Below, piece after piece: positions 52,895 to 64,000 of a stretch of DNA of 64,000 nt. How positions within the stretch are numbered: position 1 is the first letter of the stretch; each line of letters starts with the position of its first letter. The stretch covers positions 8,464,560 through 8,528,559 of the forward strand of contig OZ199839.1 of the NCBI GenBank assembly GCA_964304625.1, given 5' to 3'. Source of the stretch: Kudoa neothunni (Eukaryota; Animalia; Cnidaria). The translations under genes were made by a program, and so were the position numbers. The notes below the pieces were generated by a model, which saw only the letters and a list, made by a program, of their open reading frames with translations, ran no database searches and had not been told where the DNA came from.

Positions 52895-55800
52895 TTGAAC
52901 ATAATAATGTTGAGGATTTCCACATAAAAATCGAATTATCATTAATCTTAAAATTATTAGCAATATTTTATACTATTATTTAAATATAGAATTGGTTTTC
53001 ATGTATTTTACAACATTTACAATTGTTTTTACTAATTTAAAAAATTCATACGATATAATATCATAAGTTTTTTTCTTAAATAAACAATTTTTTTTCTATA
53101 GCATATTCATATTGATACATAATAACAAATTAAAATAGTTTATTAGGGTTAATTCATTATTCCAAACAAATATTAATTTTATTATTGGGAATTTTATAAA
53201 AAAATAACGAATTTAAAATATTATCTATGAATAACTAAAATAATTATCATTTCAATGAGATTACAAAATCAGAATAAATGATGCAAATTTATTTAATTTA
53301 AATTTGTTTTATTTAATCTTTAATAATTTTATTTGGAATTATTCAAAATAACGAAACATTTTTTCAGTCCATATTTTTATTAAACATCCAATAGCTAATG
53401 TAGAATATTTCGAAACAATAATAAAATTTATTATTTTAATACTGAAAGTTTGGATTCGTGATAAGATAATTTCCTTGTTAAATACAGTCCCCAACGGTTA
53501 GTGCGCATGCGTGAAATATAAAACTCAAATTTTAAACAAATTAATATTTATTTTTTGAAAAAATTTTTATAAAGTACATTTCTAGATATATTTTACAAAT
53601 TTAGATATCCGATCCATCACTGTGTGGAAATCATTCAATCCACTTGGGTCTTAAGCTGAAATGTTCAACGTATTTCTCAGATGATATTATTTAGTTTCTC
53701 CACGTTTAATACTTACGTGACGTGGTTATTTTCATTGTGATTAGTATTATATTGAGAATTTTCATTTCAAATAGATGGATTGTTCTTATTAGAATAAAAA
53801 CCATTTTCTATAATTTTTCATGTTTCCCATGATCTAATTGATTAATAATGATACAACCATCTTGTTTGATTCATTAAAACTTTAAAAGTTGAGAATTAAA
53901 GGTAAACTTGATTGTCTTGGATATCAAGAAGGTTGTTCCTTCCGAATTAATTTTCAATAAATTTTTCTTTTAAATCTAATTTTTGGAATTAAATTATAAA
54001 CATAAGAATCATGACGTACATGAATGCGCGCGTGTTCAGGATGAAGTTTTTATTTTACGTTTAATTGAATTTTTAATGTTGACGTAAAAACTTTATAATT
54101 AAGTCCAAAATGTATAATTCGTCTCAATTTATTATTCACTTTTTAATATTTATCGTTTATAATTAATAATTAATAATAGGCATGTTTTCAGTATTTAAAA
54201 ACAATTTTAATTACATAGCTAAAATTAAAACTTTTTTAAAAACAAACATCATTTTCAATAACCAATAATAATGTTTTAGTTTATAAATTTTTCTAGCAGT
54301 TTTCTCTTGCTAAATTTAAAAGGTATATAATTAATAATGGAAGATATTTACCATCGGATATTTTATAACGTTGTTTCCCACATAATAATAAAACAAATTT
54401 ATATGTCATTTATAACAAAAAATGTAACACCTACAATGAATTTATTTAAACGAGGTTGAACAGAAATATTGAACTTTTTCTAAATTAGTTATTTAAATCA
54501 TACTGACCAAAATATTTACTTTTAGTGTTACGTTCTAATGTGACTTTTTTCTTTATTTGTTTATAATTTATTTCATTGATGGAAATCTTATTCTCAAAGA
54601 TAAATTTTATATTAAAAGTTACATAAAATTATAATATTATAGATTTTAGGAATATAAAATAAAATATTCCTTTGCAGAAGTGCAAAATTACTTGAACTTG
54701 TGCAATTATAACAAAATCTTTCTCCTCCAATAATAATTTTCATCTTTTTATATGTAAAGATTCGTTCAAAAAAACAAAAAAATTCATATTTCGAAATTAA
54801 TGTAGTACATGATTTTTTTCAAACATAGTATACGTGCCAATTGTTTGTTTATTACATCATTTTAATATTTAGTATAAGATTTAATGAGTGAGTTAATCCA
54901 TCCGAACCATTATATACAGTTGTTTCAAATGTTAGAGATAGATATTTTATTTTATTATTAATCAATAAATATTGATTATAGTTGATTTATTAAACGAGAA
55001 TAGAGTGAAATTTAATTATTTTGTTATTATTGATTGTCGTGGTCGGATTCCTCCAAGATTCTATCGGATACGTATATTTGATTTGCCATCAATTTGATCA
55101 CTGATATTAGGCTCTCGGAGATATATGTGTAAATGAAACTAATTTTTATTTAGTAATAAAGTCCACAGTTTTTTATAACAAATATTTATAGGCCATTCAC
55201 ACTGTTATCATTATTCATTTGTCGTAGTTACATATTTATATACATTAAATATAATGAAAATATTTTCTACATTGCTTCTAAAAAATTTTTAAATTTGGTC
55301 AGATAATAAAATTTTGTTTAAATGAGGAAATTAATTCCGTATGTCTATTATCTATTTTTTTCAAAACATTAACGTTAATTTATCCCAAAACAATCTAATA
55401 ATGATAGTGTACCAAACATGTTACCATTATAATATTTTAATATATGTACAATGACTACACTTATAATCTAAAATCAACGAATTTACTCATTTTTAAACAA
55501 CGACATGCAATCCTGTAATCAAATCAAGATACTAATAAATTTATGAATGTGGATAAAATTTATAATTATAAAATATGCCCATTTTTCTGCGTTGGCTATT
55601 AATTTAATTTTAACAGTTTAATAAATTAATCCCAAATAAGTTTTATTAATATAAAAATACAAAAACGTTAAAATAAACGTTTAGTTTTATTATACTTCTT
55701 CAAAATAAAATCATCAAATAATAACAATACACTTTTATTTAGAAATATTGTTAAATTTAATGGTGACTAAAATTAGTGCGAAATATCCGTTTTCGGGCAT

Positions 55801-57263
55801 CAATAAAAAAATTTACTTAAATAAATATTTCAAAATATTTTTTTAATGGCTTAAAAGACTTGCAAGAGAGAATTGCATCTTAAAAAATGATAAACTAATG
55901 ACATACAACGAGAAATGCGCAATATCTACCTACGAAATATCCGCGGATGACTTTAGTAAGCTTGCTTAATTTTCCCCTATTCTTATATTCTTATACTCGA
56001 TCTTTTTAGGTCATGAATATGTTTAACGGATAATTAAATAGCTTAAATTAAATATTGTTCCCATTTTTATAAATTTAAGAATGTAAAAAACAAAATAATG
56101 ACTAACATATTCTACAAACAAATTTTTTATTTATTTTTCACGGCTTCGAACGTTCGTTCAAATAAAGAAAATATTACTTTGAGTATGAATAATACCAAGT
56201 AAATTTTCAAATAAAAGACTATAGAATTAGTCATTTCCTCTTAAAAATATTAAGTTCTTGTTATGTTTATATAACACCATAATGAAAAAGAATGATTTTA
56301 AATATTAAAATATACGCGTACTAAGTCAATATTAGCTTTATTGTCGGAAATAATTACAGCTAAAGATGTATAAATATTTTGACGAGTCTTTTAGTTTAAC
56401 AAGACTAACCGGCCATGGAACCCATTCAGACTACTGATTTTAACTGTATAAGCAAATAATATAAAGATTAACTTAAATATAAATTTTTTAAATTATTCTT
56501 TGAATATAATATAGAAGTAATATATTTAGTTTTAACGATTTAAAAATTAAAAATTCTCAAACTAATTTTTATCAGTAATTTTTATAAAATTGTAAGAAAA
56601 AGGAAAATTAACTAAAACTCCTATTCGTTTATCTCAAAACCACGAAAATATAATGCTATCTTTAAAATATATTAAATATTTTTTTTCATCCGATTTGTAA
56701 ATTATTGGCTTAAATAATAAATATATTAACGTCGATCAAATTTGAGGCATGTGCGTAAAATTTTATTCTCAATATCTCATATTCAAAAATATTCTATATC
56801 TAAAAATACTAAAATCTGTTCATTTTTTATGGCAGATTAAGTTATAGCTTATATATTTGCTTATGAAGCAGATTATTAAAAAATTATAAATAACGACAAT
56901 AATCATTTTATAACATTGTTAAAATAATAAAACTTTTCAAGCATTTTTACGAATATATTTGAATCATGAAAAATTATATGTTATCAACATTATCTCAGTA
57001 AATTGTTAACCAAATAAATATCACCAGAACATTAAAAAACTATTTTGGAGAAAAGATTCACAAAAGAGTGCCATCGAGGTGTAATTTTTTCTCTTGCTCA
57101 TTTAAATGAATATTGGACTCGAAAGGGTATTTTAATTAAATTAATTAATTATTGAATAATTAATATATGTAATATTTTACCTCATTTAATAATAATACTT
57201 AATGAACAATTAATACATTGGTAATTTTTTAAAATAAAATTATTTAAATACAGAAATCACACA

Positions 57264-57407
57264 ATACCCAAGCACGCATTCTCAAGGGATTTGAGCGTAG
57301 GTCACTGTTAGTGTTAGAATGGGCTGGACAACACAGAGTTCATCTGGGATGAACAAATGTGCCCAGTAAGGAGGTAATCCTCGTTGGGGTATATTTCCTT
57401 AGGGAAA
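57264..57407. other. GC-rich foldable element (candidate structured RNA or cis-element)
   Basis: Closing stem ATACCCAA / TTGGGGTAT enclosing hairpins CTCAA/TTGAG, GCTGG-CACA-GTTCATC / GATGAAC-TGTG-CCAGT and AGGA/TCCT. About 50% GC in very AT-rich flanks. Family not recognised. Confidence 0.45.
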
Positions 57408-57616
57408 AAGCGAAGGATATTGATAAACATAACTCATTCTAGCATTTTTAAGTGATTTATATGTTAGTTTGCTAAATCGTTATATTTTTCAAATGTATTT
57501 TAAATTAAATAAAAATCTTTTAGTTTCTTATTTTAAATGTCTGATTTCCCTTGTTAACAAACATCCATCATAATGGGACAACTATCAATAACTCCCAAAA
57601 TAAGTCTAAACTTAGG

Positions 57617-60600
57617 ATGAGATATTATATAATCTATATTAGCATAATTTTAGAAATTTTTGGACTCTGTTACCAAGATATTCTCTTTAGTGATCCTATC
57701 TCACTGAAACTCACGGTGCACGATTATTATCTCAATAAGAGATATGGTCCTTCTTTGTTTGGTTATTCGATTGCACCTGAAAAGGATGGAAAGTATATAC
57801 TCTATAACACTGCTATTTGTCTATGAAAATTGGTTAGATTATTAATTTCTGCACCTTTGGCTCAACTCCCAAACTCTAATGGCGACCCTATGGGCAGAGT
57901 ATTTGAATGTTCATTTCCAAGCAAATTAAACCAGGCAGGAATGTGTTATGAGTATCTCCAAGAATTGGAAGGTAACCAACACTATGCTATAATCATTTAT
58001 TTCCATTAGAAAAATACGCGAGCGAAAAAAACGGAACCCTTCTACTTGGATATACTATCACTAAAATATTCACTAACACCTTTTATGTAACTTGATTATC
58101 TTGTATTGTTTAAATTCATTCTATAGATATGTGCCCCTAATGTGTACACTTCAAATATGGGAAATTCTCACCGTCCTTGTTACATCTATAACTCTTATCA
58201 CAAATTCCTATCAGATGGGTCGGTTTATACTGGTTAGTCTATCGATCGTGGTCGAATATTATCTATTTCCACACAGAGCCAATGGGAAATATGGGAGCAG
58301 TGGTGTATTCGGAAGGCAATGATGGTTGTGTGTTGGTGGGAAATATGATGGCAAATCTGGTGTAATAATTTAGTTCAATGATTTCATTTTTTTAATATTT
58401 AATTATAGATTTTTAAAAGCTACCTACGCATGTTATAGTAGTATATCTGGTGGGATGTTTTCCGTAATGAAAGATTACAATCTCACATACATTACATACG
58501 GTACAAATTTCTATAATAATATACATGTATTTATAAATAAGATTGATTAAAAATAAAAAATAGGTTGGAAGGATATACACTATTACGATGCCGGCGATTT
58601 CAGTATTATTTGGTGTCATTTAATGCGAAAATATTATTATTTCATAGGGGTCTTCCAGATAGCAACTCCATATAACTATTCGGAAAAAAATTTGGTTAAT
58701 TTAATATTTCGAAAAAATAACTAATGGTGATTGATCTAGATATACTATTCGTATTATTTTGGTAATATAAAAGTTAAAGAGAGTATACTTAAAGTGTTGC
58801 CAACAAACGAAACAACAGTAATAGAAGTAATCTAAAAATTAAGTTTAATTAAAATATAGAGGAACAGCCACACTGCTGAGTCAATAATAACAATTCATAG
58901 AGATCCAGAGTAATTGTCTTTTTATAATGATATATTAAACATTTTGTAGTATTCATTTTTCTATTTATTCTTCCCCCTACAATATGTTGGGGCAAGGTTT
59001 GGTCGCAAGCAAGGTTTCGTTAACGATAGAAAGCTCACCAACTTCAATTATTCGTGGGGAAAAGCGAGGAGATTATTTTGGTTACTCAATGTGTTTAATT
59101 GGAAACATAGACGGAGAATACGCGGAAGGTTTTTGGCTAATATTATACTAATCAACAAATTATTACTTATTTAGATCTTGCTATTTTGGCGCCGTATGGA
59201 GGAGTTGACGAATCTGGAATGTTGTATATTGTGGCTGTGCTTAAAGATAAAATAAATAACTCATATTTTTCAGTTATTTAACGCGCTAAATAATCCAATA
59301 TTTAATATGTAAGCTTACTTTAGAAAACTGTCCTGCGAGAACACTTTCCGGATTTAAATGAAGAGACTTTTATTTTTAACATTTTTGGTGGATTGGATAT
59401 AAATAAAGATGGAATTAATGGTAACTTATTATAGCCATCATTTTTAAATATTCTTAAATAACCAAAGATATACTTGTATCAACTACTGCTCACGGGGGTG
59501 AAATTAGAGGGTTTGTGTATGTTTAATTAAAATCAGTGAGAACATGCTATTTCAAAAAATAAACAAAACTAGATTGAAAGTGCCAATGGAGCTTCAGTTG
59601 GAGAGTGAAGGTCAGGAATTGTCTTATAAATTCCCGGGAATCGGTTGTGATTCGGAATTTCCTAATTTTTTTTGGTAATTATTAAAAAATAATCAGAATT
59701 TTTAAATATTATATAAATTACTATTGTTTTTAATGATAATTGTTTAGCAATAAATTTCAAGTAAAATTGTATTTGTCATTTTTGAATAATGAAACCTATG
59801 ATATTGCCAAAATTGTCGTGAAAAGTTATTTCATTCCATAAATAACTCAGCGTTAAAAATTGTATAGACTTTAAGGTGCAAATCACAGTATTTGCCCCTG
59901 TAATGTTTAGAGATTATTATAAACTGTCAAATTCTAACACACTCACTGGGAAATACAAAACCGATGTGGTGTTTGATAAGGTGGGAAATAACGGGAACGT
60001 TTATTGTCTGGTCGATTTCAACGTATATGCGAGCTATTTCATGAAATTTGAAGAGATTTCAAATGTTAAAATATACCTCCAAGCTGACACTACAACAGAT
60101 GACCAATATTTCGAGGGACATTATCTAATTTATGCAAAACCTAAGGTTTTCAAACAAAGAATGCTACACTCATACTGCAAAAACTCAAGCAGAGAATGTA
60201 GAACTAACATCAAATTACTAAATTCAACCTGCTCTATTAAAAAGTAAATATATAAAAAATAGAATATATAGTTATTTGATATAGTGGCCGAAAATTGCTA
60301 TCATTAGGAAAAATAAATGTGATTGTCTTAACGATTGATTTACAAAATACAGGCAATCCCAGCGTTGGACTAGGTTTCAGTGTGGCGACCACTCCGCATC
60401 TTAGTATTATATCTTGTGTGGCACGAAATTTCATTACACAAGTAAATAATAGTTGAACGAGTTATTTGATATTTAAAAATCCATCTATATATATAAATGA
60501 ATATATATATATATATATATATATAGATTTTACCTAAGGAAAGTAATCACGAGAGTGGATTAAAAAAATCTCCCTTCTTTCTAGTTGGAAATTTCACTAA

Positions 60601-61736
60601 TAAAGTCATTAATCTATATTATTTTTTCTTAATCACGTTGTTAGATGTCATTATCTTGCTTTTTAAAAAGTATTGATGGAGCTACTATTGATAAAAATGA
60701 AACCATCGCATATTCTGTGTAAGAGGATGATGTGGTTAATGATTTATCGCTATTTAGTTACGATTCTGAGATATTTAACGAGAGTTCGATAATACACAAA
60801 AAACAGTTTTCATTAGGGTGGAAGTGTAGATCAAGATATCACATATTTTCGTAAGATATATATCATTGTTTAAATATAATTTTGATTATATTAATTCATT
60901 TTTTTTAATTTTCAGATCATTATCGAGACCTCAAGTAAATTTCGTTGGACCTCAAATATCAAATATAATAATTAGACATCACGTTATTGTATTTATAATT
61001 TATTAGTTTTTTTTTCAATCAAAATATTTGATATGTGTAGGTAGATAACTATGGACCCTCCGACTTGGTAAACGCTACTTTGATATTTGACAAAGTACAT
61101 TACGAAAAAGAGATCAAACTTATCACCATTAATAAAATATCTGTATATGAAATATAATGTTTGATGGATAATTTGTTCGATATTTAAATAGTGTGATAAT
61201 ATTACCTACTTTAAAAATAACACCGAAATGACAGACTGTAATAAAACCGATTGCAAAAACCAAGCCGAATCTTTCCATTGCACCAATATAACGATAAAAA
61301 CCTTTCAGAGATTAGAAATCAATATCTATTTCAATATTCGGAATAGTTCTGCGGATTTTTTTGTAATAGAGATTTTGTCTTAATTTTTTTACAAGTGGAT
61401 AAATGCAGGAGAATAACTCGAGCAGCGTAGAACTTGGTACTAATATCTCACTTTCGATGAGTAAATGTGTTGCAATGGGGAATTCTACATATGTGATTTA
61501 TCTAATTTCATTTCCACGTATGTCAAAAGTCAACCTTAATTTAGAGTACATTTACTGTTGCAGGATCATTTAGCAAAAAAATTAAGATTTGGATTCTGGT
61601 TGTGGCGATTATTGCAGCGTTACTGTTTGTTTTTGGAATTATTCTTATACTTTACTTTGTAATTTTAATATATATGGTTTATTTAACCACTGTTCTATTT
61701 TAGTGTGGAGCTTTTAAACAAAACCCAACCACATAG
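57617..61736 (+). CDS. Divergent integrin alpha subunit, copy 3
   Basis: SLFGYSIA..LLISAP..GRVFEC, GEKRGDYFGYS..DLAILAPYGG, DINKDGIND, CKNSSRECRTNI, TM, tail CGAFKQNPTT*. Confidence 0.88.
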
Positions 61737-62082
61737 AGATTGCAGTATTACACTCCAACTATAACTTCGTTATGCTTATGCTCCTATGAATAATATTATT
61801 CTATATTAAATATATTCGTCACTTATGGGCTGTTATTTCTTGTCTATTTTTGAAAAGTGAAACTATTTTTAATTGAATAAATTTTTAAGAAAAAATACTA
61901 AAAAATTAGTATATTATTTATATATTATATTTTAAGATAATTTTTTCAAATTAAAGTATCTTAGGTAGAATCATGCCACCTGGGAAGGGAATATATAACC
62001 ATAGGAATAAACATTCTGAGCTTTAATACTATTAGGTTATTGTCTAATGAAATATTCGGCCAACAAATAATCTCAATATTAC

Positions 62083-62846
62083 ATGGAACTTATGTGGTGG
62101 TTGATGTTGTTGGGTTACGCCAATTTAGCATTTACTGAAGAAAGAAACGCTTTGTTTGGAGAAATAAACTCGTTCATTCTCAAATCGTATGATAAATACA
62201 AGACACACACATACGGCCCTCCGTTGTTTGGCTACGCAATAGCTACTCTTTCTAATGACAGGCAATGGATGTGATTCAAATTAATATTAAGTTTCTAGCA
62301 GGTTAATTGTATCGTCACCATTGGCATTCACATCAAGATCAAACGTAACTCCTACAGGTAGGGTGTTTATATGTTCGTTCCCTAAAAATGCTGGTGTGGT
62401 GAACACATGTGACCAAAAAGTGGAAAATTTGGAAGGTAATCGAATACTGTTATATTTTTTTTGATTATTTTAAATCTTAAGAAAAATATACGCTTCACCC
62501 AAAGGGTGCTCTTCTGATTGGCTATACTATTAAATCGATTGAAGAGGATTTAATTTATGTACTATAATATTTTTAAATTTCCAATCAATTGTTATATAGA
62601 TATGTAGCGCAAATTCTATTTTTTTATATGATTTTGAAGAAAATAAGCGACCGTGCTATGTGTATGATGTGAAAGACAATAAATTAGCGAAGGGTGCACA
62701 TCCAAGTAAATTCCTTTTTACATCATTCCTAATTAATCTGAACGTTTTCTTTTATAGATTATGAACGTGATATTACGGGATATTCTGCTTTCACTTATGG
62801 CAAAAATGGCTGCATCTTACTTGGGCCAGGAATAATTGATAAAGAG
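62083..62846 (+). CDS. Divergent integrin alpha subunit, copy 4 (first 5 exons only; truncated or continues past the window)
   Basis: Signal peptide MELMWWLMLLGYANLAF, PLFGYAIA..LIVSSP..PTGRVFIC, GALLIGYTI, GCILLG. No sixth exon recognised before 64000. Confidence 0.8.
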
Positions 62847-64000
62847 TAATATTCTCCTGTCTATACGTGCTGAATTATTTTATTTTAATAAATAGTAATT
62901 TTTAAATTATTATTTAGGGATAATTATTGGATTAAATAATAAATCTCAATTAACTATAATGTATTCAAATAAAAATCAAAAATTTATGAAATAATATATG
63001 TTTATCTATTTATCTAATAAGTTTAATAATTAATGATAAAAGTTTTTTTCGCATTTAATCAGATAAAAATATTATGCTTAGTGATTTTAATTTACTTTAT
63101 AATTTATAATAATCATAAATACAGAATTTTCTAATAATTGTTATATTTAAATGTTTTCATGCAATAAATAACCAGTTTTAGGCAGTTCTCCAAAAAACAT
63201 ACATACTTTAAAATTTTCAATGAGTAGACATATATTTTAATTTAAGAATATTATTTTAATTTTTTGTGGGAAAAATTAAAAGTTAGATAATAGCCCAATT
63301 ATACATCACGTGATCAAAAAATTTTCCCATAGTTTCACATATTTACATTGTATGTTGGTGGTTTTTTCTTCGCGGTAGCTGTTTAAATTAAATTAAAAAT
63401 TATGTAATTAAATATTTTTATTCCTTGAGGTGAAAAATTTGTTATATTGCAATCTAACATTCAAAAAATGTGTAAAGGAATTGTTCGAATGTAACGAAAA
63501 TTTATATTTGTCTTTTTAATATAGATATTTTTATGATTTTTGACAAACTTGATTAGTGAAAATGTTATTTTGTTGACTATCACGTCTATAAATTGATCGG
63601 ATGAGAGAAACTCAATTTTATAAATAGTTGTATGTTTAACTGAAACAAGTATATTAATAAGAAAACAAATTATAGCGAGGCCACCACCCATGATCTAATT
63701 TTAGGCTATTTTTAAAGCCTCCAATAATTATGCAGTGATAGTTATTTGGTAATATTTGCGTTATATAATTAAAATTTTTAACATCAAAGTAATTTCGGAA
63801 AATTTTATGTAGTTGTGAATAAAAAATCTCTTTTATTTTTCAATAAGAACGTGAAAATATTTAACTGGAATAAAGATATATTATCATACAGAAAGGTTTT
63901 GTTCAAAATTAATATTCTTTTAATAAACAATGTTCAAAGCGCGATAAAAATATTTGCTCAAAAGTTCAGACACTTAAAACTTCGTTACAACAAGTAAAGT

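Noticed and set aside
53484-54043. Possible TIR element with an NRF1-like word at 53502-53513
   Set aside because: Terminal similarity is too weak, with no TSD, ORF or adjacent gene start.
57307-57317. Minus-strand CTAACACTAAC resembles the telomerase RNA template CTAACCCTAAC
   Set aside because: One mismatch in the template core and no recognisable pseudoknot or H/ACA domain nearby.
1-64000. Prokaryotic systems (CRISPR arrays, defence operons, bacterial IS1595 or Rtc operon)
   Set aside because: No repeat-spacer arrays; genes are intron-rich and eukaryotic; RtcB is the metazoan type and the IS1595-like ORF is a Merlin element.

Overview
Very AT-rich eukaryotic (animal) genomic DNA with many tiny GT-AG introns (mostly about 38-60 nt), so the ORF track shows only exon fragments. 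Integrin genes plus highly divergent, compact housekeeping genes suggest a reduced metazoan parasite such as a myxozoan cnidarian (inference only). Contents: (i) two convergent paralogous genes for a cysteine-rich, FN3-like type I membrane protein with a 4-residue tail, flanking mitoribosomal mL40; (ii) housekeeping genes RtcB, LETM1, glyoxalase II, DCC1 and serine palmitoyltransferase LCB2; (iii) a tandem array of at least four divergent integrin alpha genes with altered GFFKR motifs and degenerate Ca2+-binding loops; (iv) decayed DNA transposons (piggyBac, Merlin/IS1595, hAT MITEs). Best leads: the FN3-like surface-protein family, the integrin alpha array, a GC-rich foldable element upstream of integrin 3 with a related copy upstream of integrin 1, an NRF1-like palindrome 6-7 nt before two start codons, and an operon-like 45-bp gap between LCB2 and DCC1. 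All gene models were spliced by eye and need RNA-seq confirmation.
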